Below the pieces are notes generated by a model. It was not told the DNA's origin and searched no databases. It was given only the letters and a program-made list of their open reading frames with translations. The translations under genes and the position numbers were made by a program. Source: a virus. Taken from it: DNA of 64,000 bases. This document shows, piece by piece, positions 53,313-62,132 of this stretch. The stretch lies in IMG/VR virus record IMGVR_UViG_3300045988_110202, positions 1-64,000 of that record, one strand, 5' to 3'. Each line of letters opens with the position of its first letter. Position 1 is the first letter of the stretch.

Positions 53313-54080
53313 GTGGCGAAATGCCATCTGTACATTATATTAAAGGAGAAAATTATTATGAATACAACAGCAATTACAACATTCAATAATGAGGAATTTG
53401 GAAATGTGAGAACTCTGACAATTGATGGAGAACCTTGGTTTGTTGGCAAAGATATCGCAGAATGTCTTGGATATACAAATACTAGAGATGTTTTATGGAA
53501 GCATGTTGAAGATGAAGATAAACAGCAAATCCTAAAGTCGCAAATTGCGACGTTAGAAAATGTGCCAAACAGAGGACTTACATTTATAAATGAATCTGGC
53601 ATTTATTCTCTTATTTTTGGCAGTAAGTTAGAGTCAGCTAAGAAGTTCAAAAGATGGGTAACTTCTGAAGTATTACCATCTCTTCGCAAGACTGGTACAT
53701 ATACTGTAGTGGCAGCTCAGCCAAGTGCAACCTCTTCCATTGTTGTTCAGCCAACGAGTGATATCGAATTGCCAAAAGCAACAAATACTTGGTATCTGAA
53801 AAATAGAAAACGCATAAGAGAATTATGTGATCTCATGGATATCGAACGCAAAACTTTATATCATTTGATTCTTACGGAAATTGGCAAAACGATCGACATT
53901 GAGCAGTCAAAATCAATCTACACAAGAGATCACGGATTCCCACCAGAATTCATTATGGATGTTGTTGGATATTTTACAAAAATGCAAGAAATTGCTGATG
54001 AATATCTTGATAGATTATTAGAAAAATATGAGTCTTTGAATTCAGATGATGATGAAGATGATGATGAAAGTGTATGGTAA
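53313..54080 (+). CDS. Bro-N domain antirepressor-family protein (paralog 2), with an acidic C-terminus
   Basis: 255 aa; 'FNNEEFGNVRTLTIDGEPWFVGKDIAECLGY...QIATLENVPNRGLTFINESGIYSLIFGSKL...WVTSEVLPSLRKTGTY'. Confidence 0.8.
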   Translation: MAKCHLYIILKEKIIMNTTAITTFNNEEFGNVRTLTIDGEPWFVGKDIAECLGYTNTRDVLWKHVEDEDKQQILKSQIATLENVPNRGLTFINESGIYSLIFGSKLESAKKFKRWVTSEVLPSLRKTGTYTVVAAQPSATSSIVVQPTSDIELPKATNTWYLKNRKRIRELCDLMDIERKTLYHLILTEIGKTIDIEQSKSIYTRDHGFPPEFIMDVVGYFTKMQEIADEYLDRLLEKYESLNSDDDEDDDESVW

Positions 54081-54440
54081 TTTACCATATTATAAAACAT
54101 TGCACCTTGCGTGCCCAACAAGAAATGAAGTGATCCGACTAAGATCGGTGGATTTAGGCTATTAGCTGATAAAAGAAAACACAAATCGTTGAAAGAGTGG
54201 TGCCGAAGTACAAGGTGGATCTCGTGTAGAAACTTGCGATACTCTAATCCAAGGTGTTTTGATCGCACAAAGAATGTGTGTCTTTTTATAGAGTGGTCTA
54301 CAAAAATTACACAATTAAGTGTATGGCATATTCTGGAAATGTTATATTTCGCTTATTGTATGGATAAGTATGCCAAAAGTGAGGAGGAATCACTCACTAA
54401 AATTTGTGTTAGTTTTGTTGAAATTAATACAGATACAGAA

Positions 54441-54533
54441 TGTACGGGTGGCAGAGCTGGTTTAATGCGCAGGATTGCTAATCCTGTATACGTACGAATA
54501 TGCGTATCCTGGGGTCGTAGCCCAGTCCGTACG
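54441..54533 (+). tRNA. tRNA-Ser (GCU), class II
   Basis: acceptor GTACGGG/TCCGTAC, anticodon arm CAGGA-TTGCTAA-TCCTG, variable-arm hairpin ATACG..CGTAT, T-arm CTGGG-GTCGTAG-CCCAG, discriminator G. Confidence 0.6.
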
Positions 54534-54539
54534 CTAAAT

Positions 54540-54614
54540 CGCACCATCGTCTAAATGGTTTTAGGACACATCCCTTTCACGGATGCAATACGAGTTCGAC
54601 TCTCGTTGGTGTGA
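54540..54614 (+). tRNA. tRNA-Glu (UUC)
   Basis: acceptor CGCACCA/TGGTGTG (one G-U), D GTCT/GGAC, anticodon arm CATCC-CTTTCAC-GGATG, T-arm ACGAG-TTCGACT-CTCGT. Confidence 0.6.
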
Positions 54615-54654
54615 TGTTTGTCCTACAATGTTCTTCGGACTTGTGGGCCAATAT

Positions 54655-54738
54655 CCCTGTTTATACTGCTAAGGAGACAGGCAAAACTGTAAATTTTGCG
54701 GCTTCGGTCACGAGTGGGTTCGATTCCCTCAACAGGGA
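54655..54738 (+). tRNA. tRNA-like, Tyr (GUA)-type class II candidate with an irregular D region
   Basis: acceptor CCCTGTT/AACAGGG perfect, anticodon arm CAAAA-CTGTAAA-TTTTG, T-loop TTCGATT; 4 nt instead of 2 between acceptor and D-stem; U-U mismatch in the T-stem. Confidence 0.4.
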
Positions 54739-54952
54739 TGATTAGGTTAGTAACTATACGATAGATTAACCAAAAAATATGCGAACACCCTGATGGTTGG
54801 TGGATATTGGAATGTATACCTCTTCTGATATTCTGATGGAGTTCATCACTTCAGTTCGCCCTAGAAAAGCAATACTTACACACTGTTGCTTTTTAGAAAT
54901 ATGTATTGTCTCGCCAGTGTGTACGTATGAGAGGCAAATACATATTCGTTAT

Positions 54953-55026
54953 TGACATGTAGCTCAATTGGACAGAGCACAACGCTACGGACGTTGGTGT
55001 TGCAGGTTCGATTCCTGTCGTGTCAG
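54953..55026 (+). tRNA. tRNA-Arg (ACG)
   Basis: acceptor TGACATG/CGTGTCA, D GCTC-AATTGGACA-GAGC, anticodon arm CAACG-CTACGGA-CGTTG, T-arm GCAGG-TTCGATT-CCTGT. Confidence 0.65.
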
Positions 55027-55029
55027 TTT

Positions 55030-55113
55030 TCCTATATACCTCAGTTGGCAGAGGGTCATCACAGCAAGGATAACATTAGATGAAAGTCGCTGGTTCGAAT
55101 CCAGCTGTAGGAA
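55030..55113 (+). tRNA. tRNA-like gene with an 18-nt anticodon loop (11-nt expansion); identity unclear
   Basis: acceptor TCCTATA/TGTAGGA, D CCTC-AGTTGGCA-GAGG, anticodon stem TCATC/GATGA perfect but loop ACAGCAAGGATAACATTA, T-arm GCTGG-TTCGAAT-CCAGC perfect. Confidence 0.45.
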
Positions 55114-55119
55114 TTATAT

Positions 55120-55192
55120 TCTCGTATAGCTCAACTGGTAGAGCGGATGGCTGTTAACCATCATGTCGGAGGTTCAAATCCTTCTACGAGAG
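55120..55192 (+). tRNA. tRNA-Asn (GUU)
   Basis: acceptor TCTCGTA/TACGAGA perfect, D GCTC-AACTGGTA-GAGC, anticodon arm GATGG-CTGTTAA-CCATC, T-loop TTCAAAT. Confidence 0.7.
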
Positions 55193-55782
55193 TTTGTATT
55201 TTAAACATAAGCAACTCGGTTATAAAACTCAATGCCATGAGTCCGAGAGATATTCTAGGCACATATGTCGAATTGGAGAGATACATTGTACGGATACGTT
55301 CTTTGTGTCTCTTTTTATGTCGGAGTGATCTGATATGGACAAGAGAGAAACTCTCAAGCAAATGGATATTGTGCAGCATTTTGGTCTGGTTAACGCACAG
55401 AACTTTTCGCTACAATAATAGACGCTCCTGTGGAGAATAATCCACTTCAATGCGTACTCTGGCAGGTACGTAAAAGGTGGAAAAGCCAAATAATGTAGTT
55501 TGATGTGAATCTGTTCAAAAGACAGTGTATAAGAAAAGTCGCTGGTATGTCGCTCAAGTCAGTTAAGGGTAAGTTCAAATTTATAAAAACATTCTAAAAC
55601 TTAATTCTGAACGGTGGGTTGACATTGCATGTATTGATCATGTCATAGAACTGGTTTTTTAGACTTAGGTAAGAAGTTAGAGGTCGCTCCTCGAAGCTCA
55701 GACTTATCTACTATGTTGCAGAATAAACTGTTCCACAAATGACTGTAAGGTGAAGACCTGCTTTAAAATTAAAATACATTTA

Positions 55783-55854
55783 AGGGGTATCGCCAAGTGG
55801 TAAGGCACAGCACTTTGACTGCTGTATTCACTGGTTCAAATCCAGTTATCCCTG
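55783..55854 (+). tRNA. tRNA-Gln (UUG)
   Basis: acceptor AGGGGTA/TATCCCT, anticodon arm CAGCA-CTTTGAC-TGCTG, T-arm ACTGG-TTCAAAT-CCAGT. Confidence 0.6.
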
Positions 55855-55855
55855 T

Positions 55856-55930
55856 CGCAGAATGGAGAAGTTTGGTTATCTCGTCAGGTTCATGCCCTGA
55901 AGATCGGTGGTTCAAATCCACCTTCTGCTA
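55856..55930 (+). tRNA. tRNA-Met (CAU) with a C1-U72 mismatch at the top of the acceptor stem
   Basis: acceptor CGCAGAA/TTCTGCT (6 bp plus a 1-72 mismatch), D GAGA-AGTTTGGTTA-TCTC, anticodon arm TCAGG-TTCATGC-CCTGA, T-arm GGTGG-TTCAAAT-CCACC. Confidence 0.55.
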
Positions 55931-56002
55931 TTTTTCTAGGTTTCATTTTATTTTTCATATAGTATCCTTTATTGGTAGGGACATTTATGTCCTTACCAAT
56001 AT

Positions 56003-56078
56003 TGCACAGTGGAAAAGTTGGTAAATTCGCTCGTTCCATTTGGTTCTGGAGACGTAGGTTCAAATCCTACCTGTGCAA
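56003..56078 (+). tRNA. tRNA-like gene with a non-canonical anticodon arm (best fold gives an 8-nt loop TTTGGTTC)
   Basis: acceptor TGCACAG/CTGTGCA perfect, D-loop AGTTGGTAA, T-arm GTAGG-TTCAAAT-CCTAC perfect; no standard 5-bp/7-nt anticodon arm can be drawn. Confidence 0.4.
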
Positions 56079-56082
56079 TCAA

Positions 56083-56110
56083 AGAGCTGTTTGGTGGTCA
56101 GTTCTTTTTT
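56083..56110 (+). terminator. rho-independent terminator
   Basis: AGAGCTG-tttggtggt-CAGTTCT followed by T6. Confidence 0.5.
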
Positions 56111-56177
56111 CAACAAAGATTTTTTCTCATTGTTAGCATATAGTGGATGGATATTAATTCATCCACTACTCCTTTCT

Positions 56178-56249
56178 GCTTCTATAGCTTAACGGAAAAG
56201 CAAAGCCCTTCTAAGACTTAGAGTGTAGGTTCGAATCCTACTAGAAGCT
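56178..56249 (+). tRNA. tRNA-Arg (UCU)
   Basis: acceptor GCTTCTA/TAGAAGC perfect, D GCTT-AACGGAA-AAGC, anticodon loop CTTCTAA, T-arm GTAGG-TTCGAAT-CCTAC. Confidence 0.6.
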
Positions 56250-56489
56250 TTCCTATCCAGTATATATGTACGACGACTGCTATATGCAGCGTCAAGCATC
56301 ACTGGAAATATTTTAAGAATGGAGGGATCTTCTATAATTAAGATCACCAAAAATGAAGCTTTTTATCTTCGCTCAAAAGGATTCAAGGACAAATCTGATA
56401 TTCATCAGACGTATTCTGGACATCCTACTTACTATGCAAGTGAGAAAAGAAGCGTAATGAAAGCTCTAAAGAAATATAGAGAAAGATAG

Positions 56490-57929
56490 GTGTTCTCTAT
56501 GAAGAAAAAACAAAACAATATCAGAGTATCATTTGTAGATGAACCTGCTGCCATGGATGTTACTGGTTCTATGGTTTATGTAAAAACAGATACTCACAAT
56601 ATTTTGATTGATGCTGGCTTACATCAGTCAAATAGTAAATACGATGATTTTCTTGTAAATAAGAGAAGATTCAAAGAATTTAAGCCAAAAGACATTGATT
56701 ATATCTTTATTTCCCATCTCCATGCGGATCACGTATTTTTAAGCCCAAGATTATATAAAGAGGGATGTTCTGCAAAAATTATTGTTGCACAAGACAATTA
56801 TCGAATTATGCATCGAATGGCTGAAGATTCTGCTTATATCATTGAAAGAGATATAGAATTAATTAACAATCAACATGGGAAGAATTATGAACCATTGTAT
56901 ACTATTGAAGATGTAGAACGTACAATGAATTATGTTTCTGAATATCCTGTTATGGAAAAGATTGTTGTTGATGACACTTTATCATTTATGCTTATTCCAA
57001 ATGGACATTTGCTTGGTAGTGTACAAATTTTATTGTATCTCAAACAGAACAATATTGAAAAGACATTACTGTTCACAGGAGATATTGGAAATTCTAAAGT
57101 ACATAATTATTACGTCAATAAGTTTACTCCTGTTGATCATGCAGATTTAGTCATTGGAGAATCAACTTATGGGGATCGCCCAGATTTAAAAACTGGACAA
57201 AAAGAAAGAAATAATGATATCGAAAAATTATTTTCTATTATTACACAACAGGTATGCGAAATGCATGGACAGGTAATTATACCAACTTTCGCAAATCACA
57301 GACTCCAATTTCTTACAACAATGATTTACCAGGTCATGAAAGATTATGATTTTCCTTATAAAGTATATATTGATACACCGTTAGGAATTGATATTTTCAA
57401 CGAATATCGCAAAATCTTATCTGGCGATGAATTAAAATTGTTTGATGAAGTCCTAAATTGGGACAACTTGATATTTGTGCGTGACGCAGAATCCAGTAAA
57501 GCATTGGTACATAGCAATGAACCATGTGTAATATTATCTACGTCTGGAATGTGTAATAATGGTAGAATTAGACACCATTTGAAAAAAGCAGTTCCAAATC
57601 CTAATGCTACTGTTCTATTTGTAGGATTCAGTACACCAGGAAGTTTAGCTGCATTACTTAAAGACAAAAATGTTAAATCTATCTCTATAGATAATAAACA
57701 ATATACTTGTAGATGTGCAAGTTTCTCACTCAAATCTCTTAGTGGACATGCTCCATTCTGCCAACTTCTTGATTACTACTCTTCTATTAACACAAATCGA
57801 ATTGTATTACATCATGGATCAGAAAAAGCAAAGTTAACATTAAAAGAGAAATTAACTTCTGAACTTGAAAAGAAATGCAAAAGTACACGAGTTATTATTG
57901 CAAATTCAAGTTTGAAAATTTCATTATAG
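56490..57929 (+). CDS. metallo-beta-lactamase-fold beta-CASP-type nuclease (RNase J/CPSF/Artemis-like)
   Basis: 479 aa; 'ISHLHADHV' (HxHxDH), 'NGHLLGS', 'FTGDIGN', C-terminal 'LSGHA'; the true start is possibly the ATG at 56499. Confidence 0.6.
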   Translation: MFSMKKKQNNIRVSFVDEPAAMDVTGSMVYVKTDTHNILIDAGLHQSNSKYDDFLVNKRRFKEFKPKDIDYIFISHLHADHVFLSPRLYKEGCSAKIIVAQDNYRIMHRMAEDSAYIIERDIELINNQHGKNYEPLYTIEDVERTMNYVSEYPVMEKIVVDDTLSFMLIPNGHLLGSVQILLYLKQNNIEKTLLFTGDIGNSKVHNYYVNKFTPVDHADLVIGESTYGDRPDLKTGQKERNNDIEKLFSIITQQVCEMHGQVIIPTFANHRLQFLTTMIYQVMKDYDFPYKVYIDTPLGIDIFNEYRKILSGDELKLFDEVLNWDNLIFVRDAESSKALVHSNEPCVILSTSGMCNNGRIRHHLKKAVPNPNATVLFVGFSTPGSLAALLKDKNVKSISIDNKQYTCRCASFSLKSLSGHAPFCQLLDYYSSINTNRIVLHHGSEKAKLTLKEKLTSELEKKCKSTRVIIANSSLKISL

Positions 57930-57938
57930 AAAGGACTG

Positions 57939-58541
57939 TTGAATATAGAATTCGAACTTCCAATTAAAGATTTACTAAAACAATTTGGCGGTGGACTGCC
58001 AGATGTAGTAGATTATCAGTATTATGTAAATTTACAGCAGCGCAGAATTATTGTAAATGAAGCCATTTGCGATACCATCCTTGAAAGTGCTGTTCTCCCA
58101 CTTATTGAGATGGATAATGATGGTTCTGGAGAACATATTACAATTATTCTTGATTCACCTGGTGGCGACGTATATAGAGGATTTAATCTTGTTGATGTTA
58201 TTGAAAAGGTTAAAACTCCACTTACGATTCACATTATGAGTATGGCAGCCAGTATGGGGCTACATATTGCTATGGCAGGACATAATAATCCAAATGTAAA
58301 AACCGTATGTCATCCATTTAGCGTAGGTTTACTTCATAGTGGATCAGAATCTGTTAGCGGAACAGCTCATGCTGTAAGAGATTTATTTAATTTTTCGCAG
58401 AAATACGAAGAGAAAATTAAACAGTATGTACTTTCACATTCTAATATTGATGAAGAAATGTACGAAAAAGTATATCGTCAGGAATTATGGCTTGATGCAG
58501 ATGAAATGCTTCGCCTTGGAATTGTAGACGAAATCATTTAA
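57939..58541 (+). CDS. ClpP-like serine protease (S14 family; possible prohead protease)
   Basis: 200 aa; 'DSPGGDVYRGFNLVDVI...TIHIMSMAASMGLHIAMAG...HPFSVGLLHSG'; TTG start sits only 3 nt from the SD, so the start is uncertain. Confidence 0.6.
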   Translation: MNIEFELPIKDLLKQFGGGLPDVVDYQYYVNLQQRRIIVNEAICDTILESAVLPLIEMDNDGSGEHITIILDSPGGDVYRGFNLVDVIEKVKTPLTIHIMSMAASMGLHIAMAGHNNPNVKTVCHPFSVGLLHSGSESVSGTAHAVRDLFNFSQKYEEKIKQYVLSHSNIDEEMYEKVYRQELWLDADEMLRLGIVDEII

Positions 58542-58663
58542 TTTTTTATTCATAAAAATGCTTAAACTACCTCTATTTACACTATAACACATTTTTAATC
58601 AAGTGTGTAGAGGTATTTCACAAATAATTAAAAAAATTCACATTAGTTTAAAGGAGAATAAAT

Positions 58664-58876
58664 ATGGCTAAAGCTTTATCTTATAAAAAATCTACTACTG
58701 TCACAGTTAAGGCGGCAGGTTATGTAGACATCGAAAAAGGAGTTATTGAAACAGAAGAAGGAAATGTATCTTTCAAAGATTTATTAAAAGACTTTGATGG
58801 AAAATATGGTGAATTTCAGATGAAAGAAAAGACTGATGAAGATCTGGAATTAAACGTACCTTCTGATGAAGAATAG
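58664..58876 (+). CDS. small acidic protein
   Basis: 70 aa; strong RBS AAAGGAG. Confidence 0.45.
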   Translation: MAKALSYKKSTTVTVKAAGYVDIEKGVIETEEGNVSFKDLLKDFDGKYGEFQMKEKTDEDLELNVPSDEE

Positions 58877-59258
58877 ATTGGAGTGAAGATTTATCAGTAT
58901 TAATTTTGAACAAGAATTAGCAAAAATCGGATTAACTCCAGAAACATATGAGGCTGTCTGTGCAGATATTGATTCAAAACTTGACGGTGTAGTTGATATC
59001 GACTGGCAGGAAATTAAAGAAAAATATCATGTACAATGTGCAAGCGATACAATTCGCAAGTCCTCTTCTACTCCATTTGGTGGTAGATTCAGAGATGCTT
59101 ATTTTCGCAGCAAGCAAAAATCTGGTAATGATGAAAAATCTGAAGATCAGTTATTATATGAAAAAATTCGTAAGGAACGACAGAAATTACAGACAGTTAA
59201 TTTAGAGAGAAATCGTATTTCTCGCCAAGAAAGTCGTTTTGAACTATTCAATGAATAT

Positions 59259-60113
59259 GTGGCTGAAGCAATTCAGATGCTACCAAACCCACACTTTAAA
59301 CCTCTGAGAGTTGAAGATAAATCTAAAGGATATGTGCTTTCTATTGCAGATATTCATTACAATGCAGTATTTAAGAGTGTTAATAATGAATACTCTCCAG
59401 AAATTTGCATTGAAAGATTTCAAAAATTATTATCTAAGACCATTGTGCTGATACATAGACTTGGTATTTCTAAACTCAAAGTCGTCACATTAGGTGATGA
59501 CATTCAGGGTATCTTACGTCTTACTGACGTCAAATTAAACGACTCTGCCGTTGTCAAAGCAGTTGTTGATATCTCAAAAATCATTTCACATTTCTTAAAT
59601 GAATTATCCAAATATGTTGAAATTGAATATTATTGTGTAGGTCGAAGCAATCACAGTCAAACACGACCTATAGGAACAAGAGCTTCTGAATTATGTGCGG
59701 AAGACTTTGAGTATATTATTGGAAATTACATCAATGAATGTTTGGCAAATAATGATCGTGTTGAAGTCCATCTTGATCTGGAATCTGATTGTATCCACAT
59801 TCCTATCGCTGGCTTTAATATGGTTGCAATGCATGGACATACCTTAAGAGGAATTGATAGTGCCATTCAAAATATGGAGTCTATTTATAACGAAGATATT
59901 GACTTCTTATTGGTTGGTCATTACCATGGAATGCTTGAAAAATCTCTCAGCGAAGGTATTACATGCGATAAGGAAATTTTAGTGTGCCCAAGTTTTGTAG
60001 GTAGCGATCCTTATGCAGACAGTATTTTTAAAGGGTCAAAGAGTGCTTGCAAGTTATTTGAGTTCACAGAACGTGAAGGACATACAGCATCATTCAAGAT
60101 ACAGTTAAATTAG
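59259..60113 (+). CDS. calcineurin-like metallophosphoesterase (SbcD/Mre11-like motif set)
   Basis: 'IADIHYN' (DxH), 'TLGDDIQG' (GDxxD), 'GRSNHS', 'MHGH', 'VGHYHG' (GHxH); GTG start in the track, while the reading frame is open upstream to 58887. Confidence 0.55.
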   Translation: MAEAIQMLPNPHFKPLRVEDKSKGYVLSIADIHYNAVFKSVNNEYSPEICIERFQKLLSKTIVLIHRLGISKLKVVTLGDDIQGILRLTDVKLNDSAVVKAVVDISKIISHFLNELSKYVEIEYYCVGRSNHSQTRPIGTRASELCAEDFEYIIGNYINECLANNDRVEVHLDLESDCIHIPIAGFNMVAMHGHTLRGIDSAIQNMESIYNEDIDFLLVGHYHGMLEKSLSEGITCDKEILVCPSFVGSDPYADSIFKGSKSACKLFEFTEREGHTASFKIQLN

Positions 60114-60293
60114 CAATTCGGCAGTCATTTTTAGGATCAATCTCTCAAAACAGGTCGGACAGACTGCCTATTATGAGCAGATGATATTACTTCTTCTGCT
60201 CCACTTCTATAAATATACGGCTTTCAATTGTACTTTGATTTGTCGTTATCAAGTAGGCTGTTTTCCTACTTCTTCTATTGTAAGGAGGAATTC

Positions 60294-61121
60294 TTGGCAA
60301 AATATTTTACTAAGAAAGAACTGCAACGCTTAGGTTGTACTGATGACGAAATTAAATTGGTAATGAAATACCAAAAGAAACTTCCAGTTTTAATTGAAAA
60401 TATGGAAGTTAAAGGATTCTGTGTTGACGCACGAACATTACACGAACAACTAGAAGTTAAAGCAAATTATTCTAAATGGATAAAACGTCGTATCAATACA
60501 TATAAATTTCAAGAAAATACTGACTTTGTTACGGCTTGTCAAAAACGGAAAGCCGTAAATAATGGGTATTTTTATACAACGGAGTATATATTGACGATAT
60601 ACATGGCAGAATCTCTTGCTATGGTAGAGCGTACAGAAACAGGTGAAATTGTTCGTCGTTATTTCATGTTGATGAGAGATATTGTTGCAAATAATAAAGA
60701 ATGGTGGGAAATACGTATTTCTGAACGATCAAATTATAAACCACTATGTGAAGCATTATCTCAAAATATTTTTAGGAAATGCGGTCGTTATGGTGATAAA
60801 TATGATTTTGCTAGAGAAGCAAATTTCCTAAATGTTATTGCAACTGGTGCAAAAGCACAGGATATTAGGAATTATCTTATGATCCAAACAAATGAATTAA
60901 CTAGAGATAGTTTGGAAAAAGATTATAATGAGCGTCTGGAATTTTTACAAGAACAAGATATTTTGTATTTAGGAACAGATATGCCATTAAGACAACGGTT
61001 AGAATTTTTGATAACTGTATTTGATATTAAATATCCAACTTGTACTCCGCTTATGTCTTATATGAGCAGAGATGGCATGTTGGCAGAAAGAACAAAAATG
61101 TTAAACGAATTAACATTTTAA
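60294..61121 (+). CDS. AntA/AntB-type antirepressor-family protein
   Basis: 'VDARTLHEQLEVKANYSKWIKRRINTYKFQENTDF' matches the AntA N-domain; AGGAGG (60283-60288) fits the TTG at 60294 rather than the track ATG at 60228. Confidence 0.55.
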   Translation: MAKYFTKKELQRLGCTDDEIKLVMKYQKKLPVLIENMEVKGFCVDARTLHEQLEVKANYSKWIKRRINTYKFQENTDFVTACQKRKAVNNGYFYTTEYILTIYMAESLAMVERTETGEIVRRYFMLMRDIVANNKEWWEIRISERSNYKPLCEALSQNIFRKCGRYGDKYDFAREANFLNVIATGAKAQDIRNYLMIQTNELTRDSLEKDYNERLEFLQEQDILYLGTDMPLRQRLEFLITVFDIKYPTCTPLMSYMSRDGMLAERTKMLNELTF

Positions 61122-61209
61122 TTATCAACAATTTACGGCTACTCTCTTTAGAGAAATCGTAGAAAATAGTCAAAAACAAAACATTAATTATAAAAAGGAG
61201 AATTAAACT

Positions 61210-61506
61210 ATGACAACATCAAAAGATTTAATTAAAAGTATTGCAACAAAGAAAACAGCAACAGAAGGACGCAAAGTAACTCAGATCGAGGCAAAAGAAG
61301 AATTAGATAGAGTTGTTGAATGTATCGTTGATGCCATTGTGTCTGGAGAAGGTGTTCGCTTAATGGGGCTTGGAACATTTACTGTTGAAGATAAACCAGC
61401 TCATGTTGCAAGAAATCCAAGAACAGGTGAAACAATCAATGTTCCTGCTAAGAAAGCTCCAAAATTCAAAATTTCTGCTTCATTAAAAGATGCGGTAAAC
61501 AAATAA
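61210..61506 (+). CDS. HU/IHF-family DNA-binding protein
   Basis: 98 aa; 'GEGVRLMGLGTFTVEDKPAHVARNPRTGETINVPAKKAPKFKISASLKDAV'. Confidence 0.85.
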   Translation: MTTSKDLIKSIATKKTATEGRKVTQIEAKEELDRVVECIVDAIVSGEGVRLMGLGTFTVEDKPAHVARNPRTGETINVPAKKAPKFKISASLKDAVNK

Positions 61507-61513
61507 GATTGGA

Positions 61514-62059
61514 GTGATTGTTATTTCTTATAAAGATAAATATAACAAATATGAGGATCTGAATATTACAGATTTCGAAGACCAAATTGAGCTTTTATTT
61601 ACAGTTAACGATCAGTTGGTCGATGGAGATAATTGTGTAGATATCATTGCAAACGCTGAGACAATTCGTTATATGTTATCCATTGCAATGTCAGAACTTG
61701 ACTATGCTCCACATAAGATTAATATGGAAAAAGACGATGTCACATATTGTCTTGAAATGTTTGATGATGGAAGTTTGAGAGTTTTCTTATATGATAAATA
61801 TAATGATTCTTTACAGGGAACTTCCATTTATTTATATCAAGAAGAGGTTACTCAGGATATTGTAGATTTTGTATTGAACTTCTACTCTGATTCTGATATC
61901 TGGCTTTTTGGATATGAAGATGAAGACGATGTTCCGATCAGCAAGGAAGATGTATCTGATTTAGATATCGTTGCCAGAATTATGGAAGATAAACATTTTG
62001 AAGTTTTGCCAACTATGTTGCCTTTCGAGCATCTGTTAAAGGATCTTTGGAGATTTTAA
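61514..62059 (+). CDS. acidic hypothetical protein
   Basis: 181-aa ORF. Confidence 0.45.
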   Translation: MIVISYKDKYNKYEDLNITDFEDQIELLFTVNDQLVDGDNCVDIIANAETIRYMLSIAMSELDYAPHKINMEKDDVTYCLEMFDDGSLRVFLYDKYNDSLQGTSIYLYQEEVTQDIVDFVLNFYSDSDIWLFGYEDEDDVPISKEDVSDLDIVARIMEDKHFEVLPTMLPFEHLLKDLWRF

Positions 62060-62132
62060 TATTATAAATTATATGCAGTAGGTGAATAATATCATCTACT
62101 GCTCTTCTATTATATAAGGAAAGGAGGAACTT

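Noticed and set aside
54140-54300. 'GTGGTGCCGAAGT...' resembling a tRNA-Leu 5' half
   Set aside because: No T-arm (TTCRANT) and no complementary acceptor strand could be found.
54508-54540. 'GGGGTCGTAGCCCAG' looked like a tmRNA/tRNA 5' end
   Set aside because: It is the T-arm plus acceptor 3' strand of the class II tRNA-Ser (54441..54533) once the whole cloverleaf is drawn.
54189-55489. ORFs 54189..54554, 54353..54547, 55147..55440, 55161..55379, 55229..55489 and 55797..56024
   Set aside because: They lie over tRNA genes (for example 55147..55440 spans tRNA-Asn), so they are not credible coding regions.
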